From NCBI GenBank assembly GCA_964503665.1, contig CAZDAR010000037.1, positions 1 through 25,642 of the forward strand: 25,642 nucleotides of DNA, read 5' to 3'. The notes beneath the pieces were generated by a model, which saw nothing but the letters and a program-made list of their open reading frames with translations, was not told where the DNA came from and made no database searches. Shown in pieces: positions 17,019 through 25,642 of the stretch. The translations under genes were made by a program, and so were the position numbers. Source of the DNA: an uncultured Flavobacteriales bacterium. Lineage in GTDB: Bacteria > Bacteroidota > Bacteroidia > Flavobacteriales_D > Crocinitomicaceae. Numbering within the stretch: position 1 is the first letter of the stretch; every line of letters starts with the position of its first letter.

Positions 17019-17096
17019 TATTTCCTGCTAGAATTTGTCTTTAAACAAAAAAGGCTTCACCATTTGGCGAAGCCTTGAAATTTAATGTTTGTTTTA

Positions 17097-18551
17097 TTAT
17101 TTTGAAGTATCTTCTTTTGGCTCTTCACCCTTCGGCTTAGCATCTCCTTTTTTAGATGAAACCTCTTTTTTAACAGCCTCTTCGATATCCTCGCCTTTTA
17201 AATAATTTGGCAATTGCATTCCTGCCATATTGAACATCTCTTGTAATGGTGGAACGGCTTTATACATTCCTGAAATAAAGTTAGAAGTCGATGTTTTACC
17301 ATCTTTCCCATTTCCATTTTCCCAAACAGTTACTTTATCAATCTTAATGTTCTTAATTGCTTCCGCTTGTGTTCTAACTAATTCCGGTAATTTATCAGCG
17401 ATTAAAAGTAACACCGCATCTTTCGAATTGTTTCCAGCTGCCTTCACAATTTGATCTAAACCTTGTGCTTGCTTAGTCAATATCTCGTAAAGTCCTTTTG
17501 CCTCTGCTTCTTTTCTTAAATAAATCGCATCCGCTTCACCTTTAGCAATTCTTCTAATACGCTCAGCTTGTGCTTCTGCGTCAATTTCTATCTTTTGCTT
17601 ATCTATTTTTGCAGGAACAATAATATCCGCTCCCTGCTCTGACTCTTTACGCTTTGCACGCGCATCTTCCGCTAATTTCTCAGCTGCATAAGCTTCTTCT
17701 AATGCTTGAGCCGCTTGTACTTTCTCCGAAGCATTCGCTATTTTCTCAGCTTCTGCTTCTCTTGATCGTCGCTCAGCATCCGATTTAGCAATCTGAATCT
17801 TGGCCATGTTCTCTCCTTCAACAGCAAGTGCATTAGCTGCTGCTACTTGAATACGTTGATCTTGCACTGCTTGTGCCTCACCAATAGAACCGTCTCTTAC
17901 TTTCTGCGACACCGAAATTTTAGCATCGTTAATTGCTTTGGCTGCTGCTTCTTTTCCTAACGCTTCAATATATCCAGACTCGTCATGAATATCGGTAATG
18001 TTTACGTTGATTAATTTCAATCCTACTTTTTTCAACTCAGCCTCAACACCATGTGTAATGTGGGATAAAAACTGATCTCTATCAGAGTTAATTTCTTCAA
18101 TATCCATCGATGCAACCACCATACGCAATTGACCAAATATAATTTCTTGTGCTAAATCTTTTACTGCATCTAAGCTCAATCCCAGTAAACGCTCAGCTGC
18201 ATTTTGCATAACGCTAGGTTCTGTAGAAATACCAATCGTAAATCTGGAAGGAACATTTACACGAATATTTTGTTTACTCAATGCATTGGTTAAATTCACC
18301 TCAATTGACATCGGCGTCAGGTCCAAGAATTCATAGTCCTGAATGATTGGCCAGATAAATGAGGCGCCACCATGTATACATTTTGCAGATAGGCCTCCTC
18401 CTGTTTTACCATAAACGACTAAAATTCTATCGGAAGGACAACGTTTGTACCTCCTCATCATAGAAAACAAGAAAATAAATAAAATGATAATGACAGCACC
18501 AATTAAATAAATACTGCTAAAAGCATCAACTTGAAGAATGATTAAGTTCAT
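17097..18551 (-). CDS. flotillin/SPFH (band-7) family protein, YqiK-like
   Basis: 484 aa. N-terminal TM, an SPFH domain, and a long Ala/Glu-rich coiled coil (EAQAVQDQRIQVAAANALA...AEKLAEDARAKR) typical of flotillins. Confidence 0.92.
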   Translation of the reverse strand: MNLIILQVDAFSSIYLIGAVIIILFIFLFSMMRRYKRCPSDRILVVYGKTGGGLSAKCIHGGASFIWPIIQDYEFLDLTPMSIEVNLTNALSKQNIRVNVPSRFTIGISTEPSVMQNAAERLLGLSLDAVKDLAQEIIFGQLRMVVASMDIEEINSDRDQFLSHITHGVEAELKKVGLKLINVNITDIHDESGYIEALGKEAAAKAINDAKISVSQKVRDGSIGEAQAVQDQRIQVAAANALAVEGENMAKIQIAKSDAERRSREAEAEKIANASEKVQAAQALEEAYAAEKLAEDARAKRKESEQGADIIVPAKIDKQKIEIDAEAQAERIRRIAKGEADAIYLRKEAEAKGLYEILTKQAQGLDQIVKAAGNNSKDAVLLLIADKLPELVRTQAEAIKNIKIDKVTVWENGNGKDGKTSTSNFISGMYKAVPPLQEMFNMAGMQLPNYLKGEDIEEAVKKEVSSKKGDAKPKGEEPKEDTSK

Positions 18552-19141
18552 GAATTTGTTGGTTTTTGAAGGGTTTCTACTAATAATAATTCGGCACTTA
18601 CTATCGCTATTACTTTAACCACAGTACCAGTAGCTAATGTTTTATCTTCATCGGTCAACGCATCTAATTCGCGCAATGCACCTTGTACAATAATTTGAAC
18701 TTTTCCAGTTTTTGAACGATTCGCTCCAATGGGTAAATAAACTTCTCCAATTGTACCTAGTGCATTTTTAATTTTCAAAGTACCATCTTCCGCCAGACGA
18801 CTCATGAAATAAAATAAAGAAGAAGTAGCAACCATCATTAATAAACCTGCCATGACTGAAATGGTTAAAACAACACTATTTGAATAACCTCCGCCCATAC
18901 AAACAACACCTGTCCATCCAAAAATGGTAAAGAAAGCCACTAAATTTTTAAACGTGAAAAACTGAAATCCTACACCGCCATCATCCGCTTCAAAGTTGGT
19001 AGCATCTGCATCCATGTCAGCATCCATACCACCACCTATGAAAGTCATTATCAGTAATATCCCAAATATTAAAGAACCAATGATGGCAATCATCCAATAG
19101 GTTTTCTCATAAATCAACAATCCGTCAAAAAATTCTTGCAT
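18548..19141 (-). CDS. YqiJ-like (DUF1449) membrane protein with C-terminal NfeD-like OB domain
   Basis: 197 aa. Multiple TM helices, an acidic DADMDAD loop, and a C-terminal GTIGEVYLPI...GKVQIIV...GTVVKV OB-fold-like segment. Its stop overlaps the flotillin start by 4 nt (ATGA). Confidence 0.85.
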   Translation of the reverse strand: MQEFFDGLLIYEKTYWMIAIIGSLIFGILLIMTFIGGGMDADMDADATNFEADDGGVGFQFFTFKNLVAFFTIFGWTGVVCMGGGYSNSVVLTISVMAGLLMMVATSSLFYFMSRLAEDGTLKIKNALGTIGEVYLPIGANRSKTGKVQIIVQGALRELDALTDEDKTLATGTVVKVIAIVSAELLLVETLQKPTNS

Positions 19142-19245
19142 AAGGTTTTAAATTAAAGTTATCTAATATACAAAATATATTTGAAATAAAAGTAAAATAT
19201 ATATTTTAAGTATACTCCACTTTTTACTATGCTTAAAGTATCATT

Positions 19246-20505
19246 TTACAACGAATCTACCTCATTCAACATTTTTAAACCATTATTTTCAACTGGAGAT
19301 ACTTCTTTTTTCTTTTCTTTTTTTGGAAAAACAATGGTACGTTCTAACTCTTCTGTTGGTGTAAATGGACGGCTTGTTAGAGGAAATAAATCTTGTAATT
19401 CACCACTATAATAAAACTCAAAACAAAGCCCTCCAAAAGTATAATCGTTGTCTCCTACTTTAAAGTTAGAACCTCCAACCTTTGGATTCGGCCCTGGTTT
19501 ACTCTTATGATAGCCTAAGTTAAACAATGAACCTAATATCTCAGGTCGAGATGCTAAGGTATACCCGCTTTTCTCCCAATGAGATTGGTATTGCCTTATA
19601 AGTAAGGCCGTATATAGATAGGAATAAAAGTGTGTTCCTCCTTGAATAAGACGTTGAATTGTCGGATATTTATGTGCAGCAATAGTGTCCACAACTGATT
19701 CTGGGAAAGTGTCTTTTAAATTAATACATTGTGCATAGTATTTCCCTGGATAAAAGGGGCTACTGGGTGAAAATAGTGTGTTCTCGATTCGGAGTGCTGT
19801 ATGTTCCTGTATACCTGTCACGCCATAACCGCGGTTTTTAGGCAAGAGAATATAGTTGAATCGATATACTTTATTTTTGAATTTTTCACGCGATGAGTTG
19901 AACATCCGTATTTGTTCTCCCACTAAACACATCACAATTAATCGCGATTCAACACCTGTAATTTTTGCTACAGAATCAATCGCTTTCTTATCTGCTTTTA
20001 CTTGTTTACAAAAATCTTTCCATTCGATATAATTTGCCCACGGGTAAATTGACATGGAATTATCACCTTTATTAGTTTCTATTTTTTGCAGTCTTTTTTG
20101 ATAGTCCTTATCTTTTTGTAAAAAGAGATTTGTAGCATCTAACATTCGTAGCGCAACCGTTATATCGTGTGTTTTATCATAAGCATCAATAATTATTTTC
20201 GCATTAATCGGATAATCTTGTGCTAATAATCCAATGCGTTGATACATTTTACGTTCTTCACTATCAAATGTTAAGCTATCTACTTTAAATCCTTGATTGT
20301 ATTTTCCCGCCATCTTTTCAAAGTAGCGGTTATTCACGTCAATGCTTCCTTTATCATTCGTCCATTTAAACTTAGACGCTAACGCTACGGTAATCATAAA
20401 TAACGCAAATAGCGCTAACACGTGAATACCTGATAAATACGTATATTTAAAAAACTTCCATACCCGTTTTTTAACGTGTTTCTCTGAATTAGGCTGGTGT
20501 TCCAT
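19246..20505 (-). CDS. hypothetical membrane-anchored protein (N-terminal TM, large periplasmic/extracytoplasmic domain)
   Basis: 419 aa. A TM helix LSGIHVLALFALFMITVALA follows a basic N-terminus. No recognisable motif. Confidence 0.75.
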   Translation of the reverse strand: MEHQPNSEKHVKKRVWKFFKYTYLSGIHVLALFALFMITVALASKFKWTNDKGSIDVNNRYFEKMAGKYNQGFKVDSLTFDSEERKMYQRIGLLAQDYPINAKIIIDAYDKTHDITVALRMLDATNLFLQKDKDYQKRLQKIETNKGDNSMSIYPWANYIEWKDFCKQVKADKKAIDSVAKITGVESRLIVMCLVGEQIRMFNSSREKFKNKVYRFNYILLPKNRGYGVTGIQEHTALRIENTLFSPSSPFYPGKYYAQCINLKDTFPESVVDTIAAHKYPTIQRLIQGGTHFYSYLYTALLIRQYQSHWEKSGYTLASRPEILGSLFNLGYHKSKPGPNPKVGGSNFKVGDNDYTFGGLCFEFYYSGELQDLFPLTSRPFTPTEELERTIVFPKKEKKKEVSPVENNGLKMLNEVDSL

Positions 20506-20659
20506 TAGAATAAAATAAGTAAAATAGTAGTCTTCATCAACTGATTATAAAAATCGTTTACAAAGATGCTCCTTTTTTGAATTGCTTACTCAGAAAATGA
20601 AAAATATATTTGGAAAGGATGAGAGATTTCTCAATTGTATTGTCTGTATATTTTCAAAA

Positions 20660-20689
20660 CAATAAAGCCGAGTTCCAATCGAAACTCGG
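20660..20689 (-). terminator. Rho-independent terminator downstream of yajC (minus strand)
   Basis: On the minus strand, CCGAGTT-tcgattgg-AACTCGG is followed by CTTTATTGTTTTG. Confidence 0.5.
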
Positions 20690-20715
20690 TTAATTAATTC
20701 TTTAAAGATCTAAAA

Positions 20716-20988
20716 TTAATCTTTCATCAATTCTTCTGAAGAAGACTGGATAGCCGCTTTTGAAAAACGAATTTTAGTTCCTTCTGAGCTAACCAATACT
20801 GTTGTATCAGAAACTTCTAAAACTTTACCTTGAACACCTCCGATAGTAATAACTCTATCTCCAGCCTTTAAATTTTCTCTAAATTGACGTTGTGTTTTTT
20901 GTTTCTTTTGTTGCGGTCTAATCATGAAGAAGTAGAAAACTACAAAGATTAGCACCATTAAAAGCATGTTGATTGTTTGTGGACTCAT
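20716..20988 (-). CDS. yajC: preprotein translocase subunit YajC
   Basis: 90 aa. A TM helix is followed by MIRPQQKKQK...LKAGDRVITIGGVQGKV, the conserved YajC motif. Confidence 0.92.
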   Translation of the reverse strand: MSPQTINMLLMVLIFVVFYFFMIRPQQKKQKTQRQFRENLKAGDRVITIGGVQGKVLEVSDTTVLVSSEGTKIRFSKAAIQSSSEELMKD

Positions 20989-21016
20989 GTTTTATTTTAT
21001 TTTATTTTAATTTATA

Positions 21017-21406
21017 CTATTTACTTACGACGTCTGCCGTGATAATAACGGTCGTCAATGATGGATCTGTATTAGCTGTAATACGGACATCTTTTGTCAA
21101 CTTACCCAAAGCACTAGTTTCAATAATTGATTTAATTTCAACTGTCTCTCCCGGAGGAATTGGATCTTTCGGATATTCAGCGATGGTGCAAGAGCAAGAA
21201 CCTTTTACTTCTGCTAAAATCAATGGATAAGAACCTGTGTTCTTCACTTGAATAGTCGATTTTACGTTTTCACCTAAAACCACTTCTCCAGCATCTATCC
21301 TTGTATTCACTTCCATCGTTGTTTTTTGTCCTATCTCATATGCACCCTTGGATGTACAAGCGGTAAAAACAATAAAACTTAATACTATAAAAAATAAACT
21401 TCTCAT
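21017..21406 (-). CDS. DUF1573-domain lipoprotein
   Basis: 129 aa. Lipoprotein signal FIVFTACTSKG. The signature VKNTGSYPLIL...GSCSCT is characteristic of DUF1573. Confidence 0.88.
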   Translation of the reverse strand: MRSLFFIVLSFIVFTACTSKGAYEIGQKTTMEVNTRIDAGEVVLGENVKSTIQVKNTGSYPLILAEVKGSCSCTIAEYPKDPIPPGETVEIKSIIETSALGKLTKDVRITANTDPSLTTVIITADVVSK

Positions 21407-21418
21407 TATTATCTTTTT

Positions 21419-22369
21419 TTAATCCATTAAACCACGACCAACTTTCGTGATTTTATTTTCACCATTTAAGCGTTCAACAGCTTTGTCTAAAACACCGTTG
21501 ATAAATCCATTACTTTTTGGCGTTGAATAGAATTTGGAAATTTCAATATATTCATTTAACGTCACTTTAATCGGAATATTGGAAAACTCCTTTACTTCAG
21601 TAATCGCTAAGTTCATCAATAAAACATCCATTAACGCCAATCTATCTAGTTCCCAATTACTTATTAATTCATCAATTAATTTTTGATTTTCTTCGTAATG
21701 GTCAATTGATAGTCTAAATAAACGAGAAATGAAATCTTTTTCATCTTCTTCGTCTTTGTATAAGGGTAAGATTGTGTTGTTATCGCCATCTTCTTTGAAC
21801 GTCTTAATGGTTTTTATCACCATTGAGCATGTTAAATCAATATCATCAATCCAGTGAATACTCATTTCTTCAAAGAAATGATAGATAAGAGTTGAATTCG
21901 CCACATGCTCTTTAAATAAGTCAATTACAAAAGCGGTATCTTCTTGAAAGGACGACTCTGTGTTTGCCATATAAAGCGTGTATGATTCAGAATTGCGAAT
22001 TATCATCATGACTTTTCGTAAAATCTCTTGCTTTTCGGCACCCACCCAATTGACTTTTTTCGCAGTTGCGACATCAATTAATTCACGATTATTCTCTAAA
22101 ATAGTGAATATTGGGTTATTAACAAATTTCATATTGGGATTGATATCTTCATCACTTAAAAAGCGTTTATTTTTCAATTCTTCTAATCGATTTTTTTCGA
22201 TGGAGACGAAACCTTCAAACACCAATAAAAGATATAGATATAAATCATACATCTGTTCGACATTCTTAAAAAGCTCTTTTTCAGCTACCAATCTGTTCGA
22301 ATGATGTGACTGAAAAAAAGCATATATCGCTTGTAAAACTTTTATTCTTAAGTGTCTACGGTTTAACAT
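21419..22369 (-). CDS. nusB: transcription antitermination factor NusB (long Bacteroidetes form)
   Basis: 316 aa. N-terminus MLNRRHLRIKVLQAIYAF and C-terminal ...STPKSNGFINGVLDKA are the NusB hallmarks. Confidence 0.9.
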   Translation of the reverse strand: MLNRRHLRIKVLQAIYAFFQSHHSNRLVAEKELFKNVEQMYDLYLYLLLVFEGFVSIEKNRLEELKNKRFLSDEDINPNMKFVNNPIFTILENNRELIDVATAKKVNWVGAEKQEILRKVMMIIRNSESYTLYMANTESSFQEDTAFVIDLFKEHVANSTLIYHFFEEMSIHWIDDIDLTCSMVIKTIKTFKEDGDNNTILPLYKDEEDEKDFISRLFRLSIDHYEENQKLIDELISNWELDRLALMDVLLMNLAITEVKEFSNIPIKVTLNEYIEISKFYSTPKSNGFINGVLDKAVERLNGENKITKVGRGLMD

Positions 22370-23466
22370 TACATAGGTAATTTAACTCTTCCAACTGATA
22401 CGATTCGTTCTTCAGCAATTGTATTAGCGATTTGGTAAGTAGGAATATTTTCTTTTGAAGAGCGTTGGATAATATTTTGAATGGTTGTGTAAATACCCTC
22501 TGCTTTAGCCATTCCCCAATCAGGATTTAAGCCTTTAAATTCTGTATAAACATTGATTACACCACCAGAGTTAATCGCGTAGTCAGGAGCATAAATAATT
22601 CCTTTCTCCATGATCATTCTTCCGTGGACATTCTCGTCTTTCAATTGATTATTAGCAGAACCTGCAATAATAGAACATTTCAAACGATCCAATGTGCTGT
22701 CATTCACCGTTGCTCCTAATGCACATGGCGCATAGATATCTACATCTAAATCGTAGATTTCATCTAAACCAACCACTTTTGCATTGTATTTTTTGGAAAC
22801 ACGAGCCAAGGCTTCTTGATTGATGTCCGTGATATAAATGTCAGCTCCTTCTTTTGAAAGGTATTCTACTAAATATTCACCCACATGACCTATTCCTTGA
22901 ACGGAAATTTTACGCCCACTTAAAGAATCTGTACCAAATTGCTCTTTAGCTGCAGCTTTCATTCCTACGTAAACACCATAAGCTGTCACTGGAGATGGAT
23001 CGCCACTTTTTCCTGGTAAACCAACCACGTGATTAGTTTCCATGTTCACCCAAATCATGTCTTGTGGACTTGTACCAACATCTTCAGCTGTTACATATTT
23101 TCCACCTAAGCTATTGACGAATTTTCCGAAACGTCGCATGTATGCTTCGTTCTTCATGACTTTGGAGTCACCAATAAGAACAGATTTTCCACCGCCAAGG
23201 TTCAACCCTGCCAGTGAATTTTTGTACGTCATTCCACGAGACAAACGCAAAACATCTGTCAACGCTTCCATCTCGTTGTTGTACATCCACATTCTAGAGC
23301 CACCTAACGCAGGCCCTAAAACAGTACTATGTACACCGATGATTGCTTTCAATCCGGTTTCATTGTCATTACAAAAAAGAACTTGTTCATGATTGTATTG
23401 ACTTAATTGTGCAATAACAGGATTCTCTGCTAAATTTACATCCTTCATATCTTTTACTTCAAACAT
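22369..23466 (-). CDS. Glu/Leu/Phe/Val-family amino-acid dehydrogenase, leucine dehydrogenase-like
   Basis: 365 aa. Carries GLKAIIGVHSTVLGPALGGSRMW and the catalytic-Lys region NLGGGKSVLIGD. The NAD fold ISVQGIGHVG is also present. The stop overlaps the nusB ATG (TAATG). Confidence 0.92.
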   Translation of the reverse strand: MFEVKDMKDVNLAENPVIAQLSQYNHEQVLFCNDNETGLKAIIGVHSTVLGPALGGSRMWMYNNEMEALTDVLRLSRGMTYKNSLAGLNLGGGKSVLIGDSKVMKNEAYMRRFGKFVNSLGGKYVTAEDVGTSPQDMIWVNMETNHVVGLPGKSGDPSPVTAYGVYVGMKAAAKEQFGTDSLSGRKISVQGIGHVGEYLVEYLSKEGADIYITDINQEALARVSKKYNAKVVGLDEIYDLDVDIYAPCALGATVNDSTLDRLKCSIIAGSANNQLKDENVHGRMIMEKGIIYAPDYAINSGGVINVYTEFKGLNPDWGMAKAEGIYTTIQNIIQRSSKENIPTYQIANTIAEERIVSVGRVKLPM

Positions 23467-23502
23467 GCGGTACTATTTAGAACATTAGTAAAATGTATTT
23501 CT

Positions 23503-23510
23503 TAATTTTG
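23503..23510 (+). promoter_or_regulatory. candidate -7 promoter element (TAATTTTG) for the ABC exporter
   Basis: TAnnTTTG match 38 nt upstream of the ATG. Confidence 0.3.
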
Positions 23511-23547
23511 CCTATTCGCTTTGGCGGTGTAAAATTAAAAATAAAGA

Positions 23548-25296
23548 ATGAACTCTCTAAGGTATCTCAATAAATATTTACTAAAACATAAATGGCGACT
23601 AATAATCGGCGTGATTTGTATTATCGCTTCTAACCTTTTTGGTGTGATGATGCCAAAAGTCGTTGGAGATGCTGTGAATGGATTTAAAACCGATGTTACT
23701 AAAAACATATCTTCGAATGAAATTTTCTGGAATGCGTTGATGGTTGCTGGTTTTTACATTTTGTTGAACATCGGTAAAGGCGTTTTCCTCTTTTTAACCC
23801 GACAAACAATTATTGTCATGTCGCGTTTGATTGAGTATGATTTGAAAAATGAAATCTACGAACAGTATCAAAAATTAGATTTCGGTTTTTATAAGAAAAA
23901 TCGAATTGGTGATTTGATGAACCGTATTTCGGAGGATGTCACGCAAGTACGCCAATATCTCGGTCCAGGATTGATGTACAATATTAACCTCATCGTCTTG
24001 TTTCCGCTGTGTATTTATTGGATGATGCAAACCAACGTCAAATTAACGCTCGTTGTTTTAGCGCCACTTCCTTTGTTATCGTTCATCATTTATAAAGTCT
24101 CTTCCAAAATAAATTATGCCAGCAAGAAAGTACAAGAAGAACAATCACGACTTTCCACTATCGTTCAAGAGAATTTCTCTGGTATTCGGATATTGAAAGC
24201 CTATCAACGTGAAAATGAAAGCAAGGAAAAGTTTAATAAATCTGCTGAAGAATACAAGAATCGCACGATGAAAATGGTGTTAATCAACGCTTTTTTCCTA
24301 CCTTCTATCACGTTTTTGATTTCTATTAGCGTCTTACTTTCTATCTACGTTGGTGGTTTAATGGCGATTTCAGGCGAAATTGGCGTCGGCGATATTATCG
24401 CTTACATCATGTACATCAACATGTTGACATGGCCATTCGCCAGTGTGGGGTGGGTAACCTCTATGATTCAACGAGCGGCTGCTTCTCAAGAGCGCATCAA
24501 CGAATTCTTGAAATTTAAACCTGAGATTGTCAACTCTGTACAAACACCGTTTGACTCCATACAATCTATTCGCTTTGAAAATGTGACTTTCACCTATGAA
24601 AATTCAGGAATTACTGCGTTAAAAGATATTAGTTTCACGCTTAACAGAGGGGAGAAACTGGGCATTGTTGGAAAAACAGGAAGTGGAAAATCAAGTCTTT
24701 TGTACTTATTGACACGGCAATTCGATGCAAGCCAAGGAACTGTTTATGTAAACGACACACCGATAAAGGATATCAATTTAGATGATTTTCGTCGAAAATT
24801 TGGAGTCGTTCCGCAAGAAGTATTTTTATTCTCCGACACGATTCGAAATAACATCACTTTTGGTATCAACGATCGCGAAGTTTCTGAAAATGAATTAATT
24901 GATGTAACCAAGCAAGCGTATGTGTACCACAACATTCAGCGTTTTCCCGATAAATTCGAGACAATGTTAGGTGAAAGGGGCGTTAACCTTAGTGGCGGAC
25001 AAAAACAGCGTATCAGTATTGCACGTGCATTGATTCGTAAGCCTGAATTACTGCTTCTAGACGATTGTTTATCTGCTGTTGATACAGAGACGGAAGAAAA
25101 GATTTTAAAGTCCTTAGAGAAGATAGAAGACCAAATGGCGATTATTGTCAGTCACCGTATTTCGTCGCTTCGATTTACCGATCATATTATCGTCTTAAAA
25201 GAGGGCGCTATCATTGAAAATGGAACGCACGAAGAATTGATTCAGAAAGGTGGGGTTTATTATGATATGTATTTGAAGCAAATGGCGGAGGAGTGA
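23548..25296 (+). CDS. fused ABC transporter permease/ATP-binding protein (MsbA/type-I exporter-like)
   Basis: 582 aa. A six-TM N-terminal half, then Walker A GKTGSGKSS, the signature LSGGQKQRISIARAL, and Walker B LLLLDD. Confidence 0.95.
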   Translation: MNSLRYLNKYLLKHKWRLIIGVICIIASNLFGVMMPKVVGDAVNGFKTDVTKNISSNEIFWNALMVAGFYILLNIGKGVFLFLTRQTIIVMSRLIEYDLKNEIYEQYQKLDFGFYKKNRIGDLMNRISEDVTQVRQYLGPGLMYNINLIVLFPLCIYWMMQTNVKLTLVVLAPLPLLSFIIYKVSSKINYASKKVQEEQSRLSTIVQENFSGIRILKAYQRENESKEKFNKSAEEYKNRTMKMVLINAFFLPSITFLISISVLLSIYVGGLMAISGEIGVGDIIAYIMYINMLTWPFASVGWVTSMIQRAAASQERINEFLKFKPEIVNSVQTPFDSIQSIRFENVTFTYENSGITALKDISFTLNRGEKLGIVGKTGSGKSSLLYLLTRQFDASQGTVYVNDTPIKDINLDDFRRKFGVVPQEVFLFSDTIRNNITFGINDREVSENELIDVTKQAYVYHNIQRFPDKFETMLGERGVNLSGGQKQRISIARALIRKPELLLLDDCLSAVDTETEEKILKSLEKIEDQMAIIVSHRISSLRFTDHIIVLKEGAIIENGTHEELIQKGGVYYDMYLKQMAEE

Positions 25297-25605
25297 GGAT
25301 TGCGCAAGAAATGGAAGAATTTGGGGTGATAGGAATTCCTAGGCTATAACTTTTCTTTTAACGATTTTTTTTATATTTACAAAAAACACGATGAATTACG
25401 TTACTTTTGAAATATCAGATACGAATGTTAAATGATTAAAAACGGATTTATCGTTGATAATTAGTGAATTAACTAAAAAAAATAGAGTGGATATATATGC
25501 ACCACGAAGTAGCAGCGCCAGCTAATTGCGTTTAGCCAAATGTTGTGCGTCATGCTAAAATAAACGACAGTGCTAAAAATTAACATTAAAGAATAGACAA
25601 GAGAA

Positions 25606-25642
25606 ATGCTTTTTAACTCAATCGACTTTGCGATTTTCTTAC
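25606..25642 (+). CDS. 5' end of an MBOAT-family (AlgI/DltB-like) membrane O-acyltransferase gene, truncated by the window edge
   Basis: Only 12 codons are present (MLFNSIDFAIFL). MLFNS-x-F-x-FL is the stereotyped N-terminus of bacterial MBOAT proteins. Confidence 0.35.
   Translation, partial: MLFNSIDFAIFL

Noticed and set aside
25321-25345. 12-nt palindrome TAGGAATTCCTA downstream of the ABC transporter gene
   Set aside because: It is short and lacks a flanking T-tract. It is probably a chance palindrome containing an EcoRI site.

Overview
This is a low-GC, Bacteroidetes/Flavobacteriia-like chromosomal segment with about 24 complete CDS and the 5' end of a 25th at the right edge. Most of it is conserved housekeeping. 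The recognisable genes are pfkA, an NADP-type aldehyde dehydrogenase, alaS, an RluA/TruC-family pseudouridine synthase, a yqiJ-like/flotillin (yqiK-like) membrane pair, a translationally coupled leucine-dehydrogenase–nusB–DUF1573–yajC operon, and an MsbA-type fused ABC exporter. Several small uncharacterised envelope modules sit between these and are the most interesting part. (1) A lipoprotein class-II (CbiX/CbiK-like, two-domain) chelatase whose stop codon lies 1 nt before a short PepSY-TM membrane protein; this is a candidate extracytoplasmic heme/iron-handling pair. (2) A tail-anchored protein with two FHA domains, followed by an AsmA-like membrane protein. (3) A DUF4142 periplasmic protein coupled to an amicyanin-like cupredoxin lipoprotein, followed by two tandem small secreted paralogs that share a near-identical signal peptide but have fast-diverging mature parts. 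(4) A perfect 22-bp-stem hairpin overlapping the alaS stop codon. I found no rRNA, tRNA, CRISPR, transposase or integrase. All functional calls come from motif recognition by eye and need HMM or BLAST confirmation.
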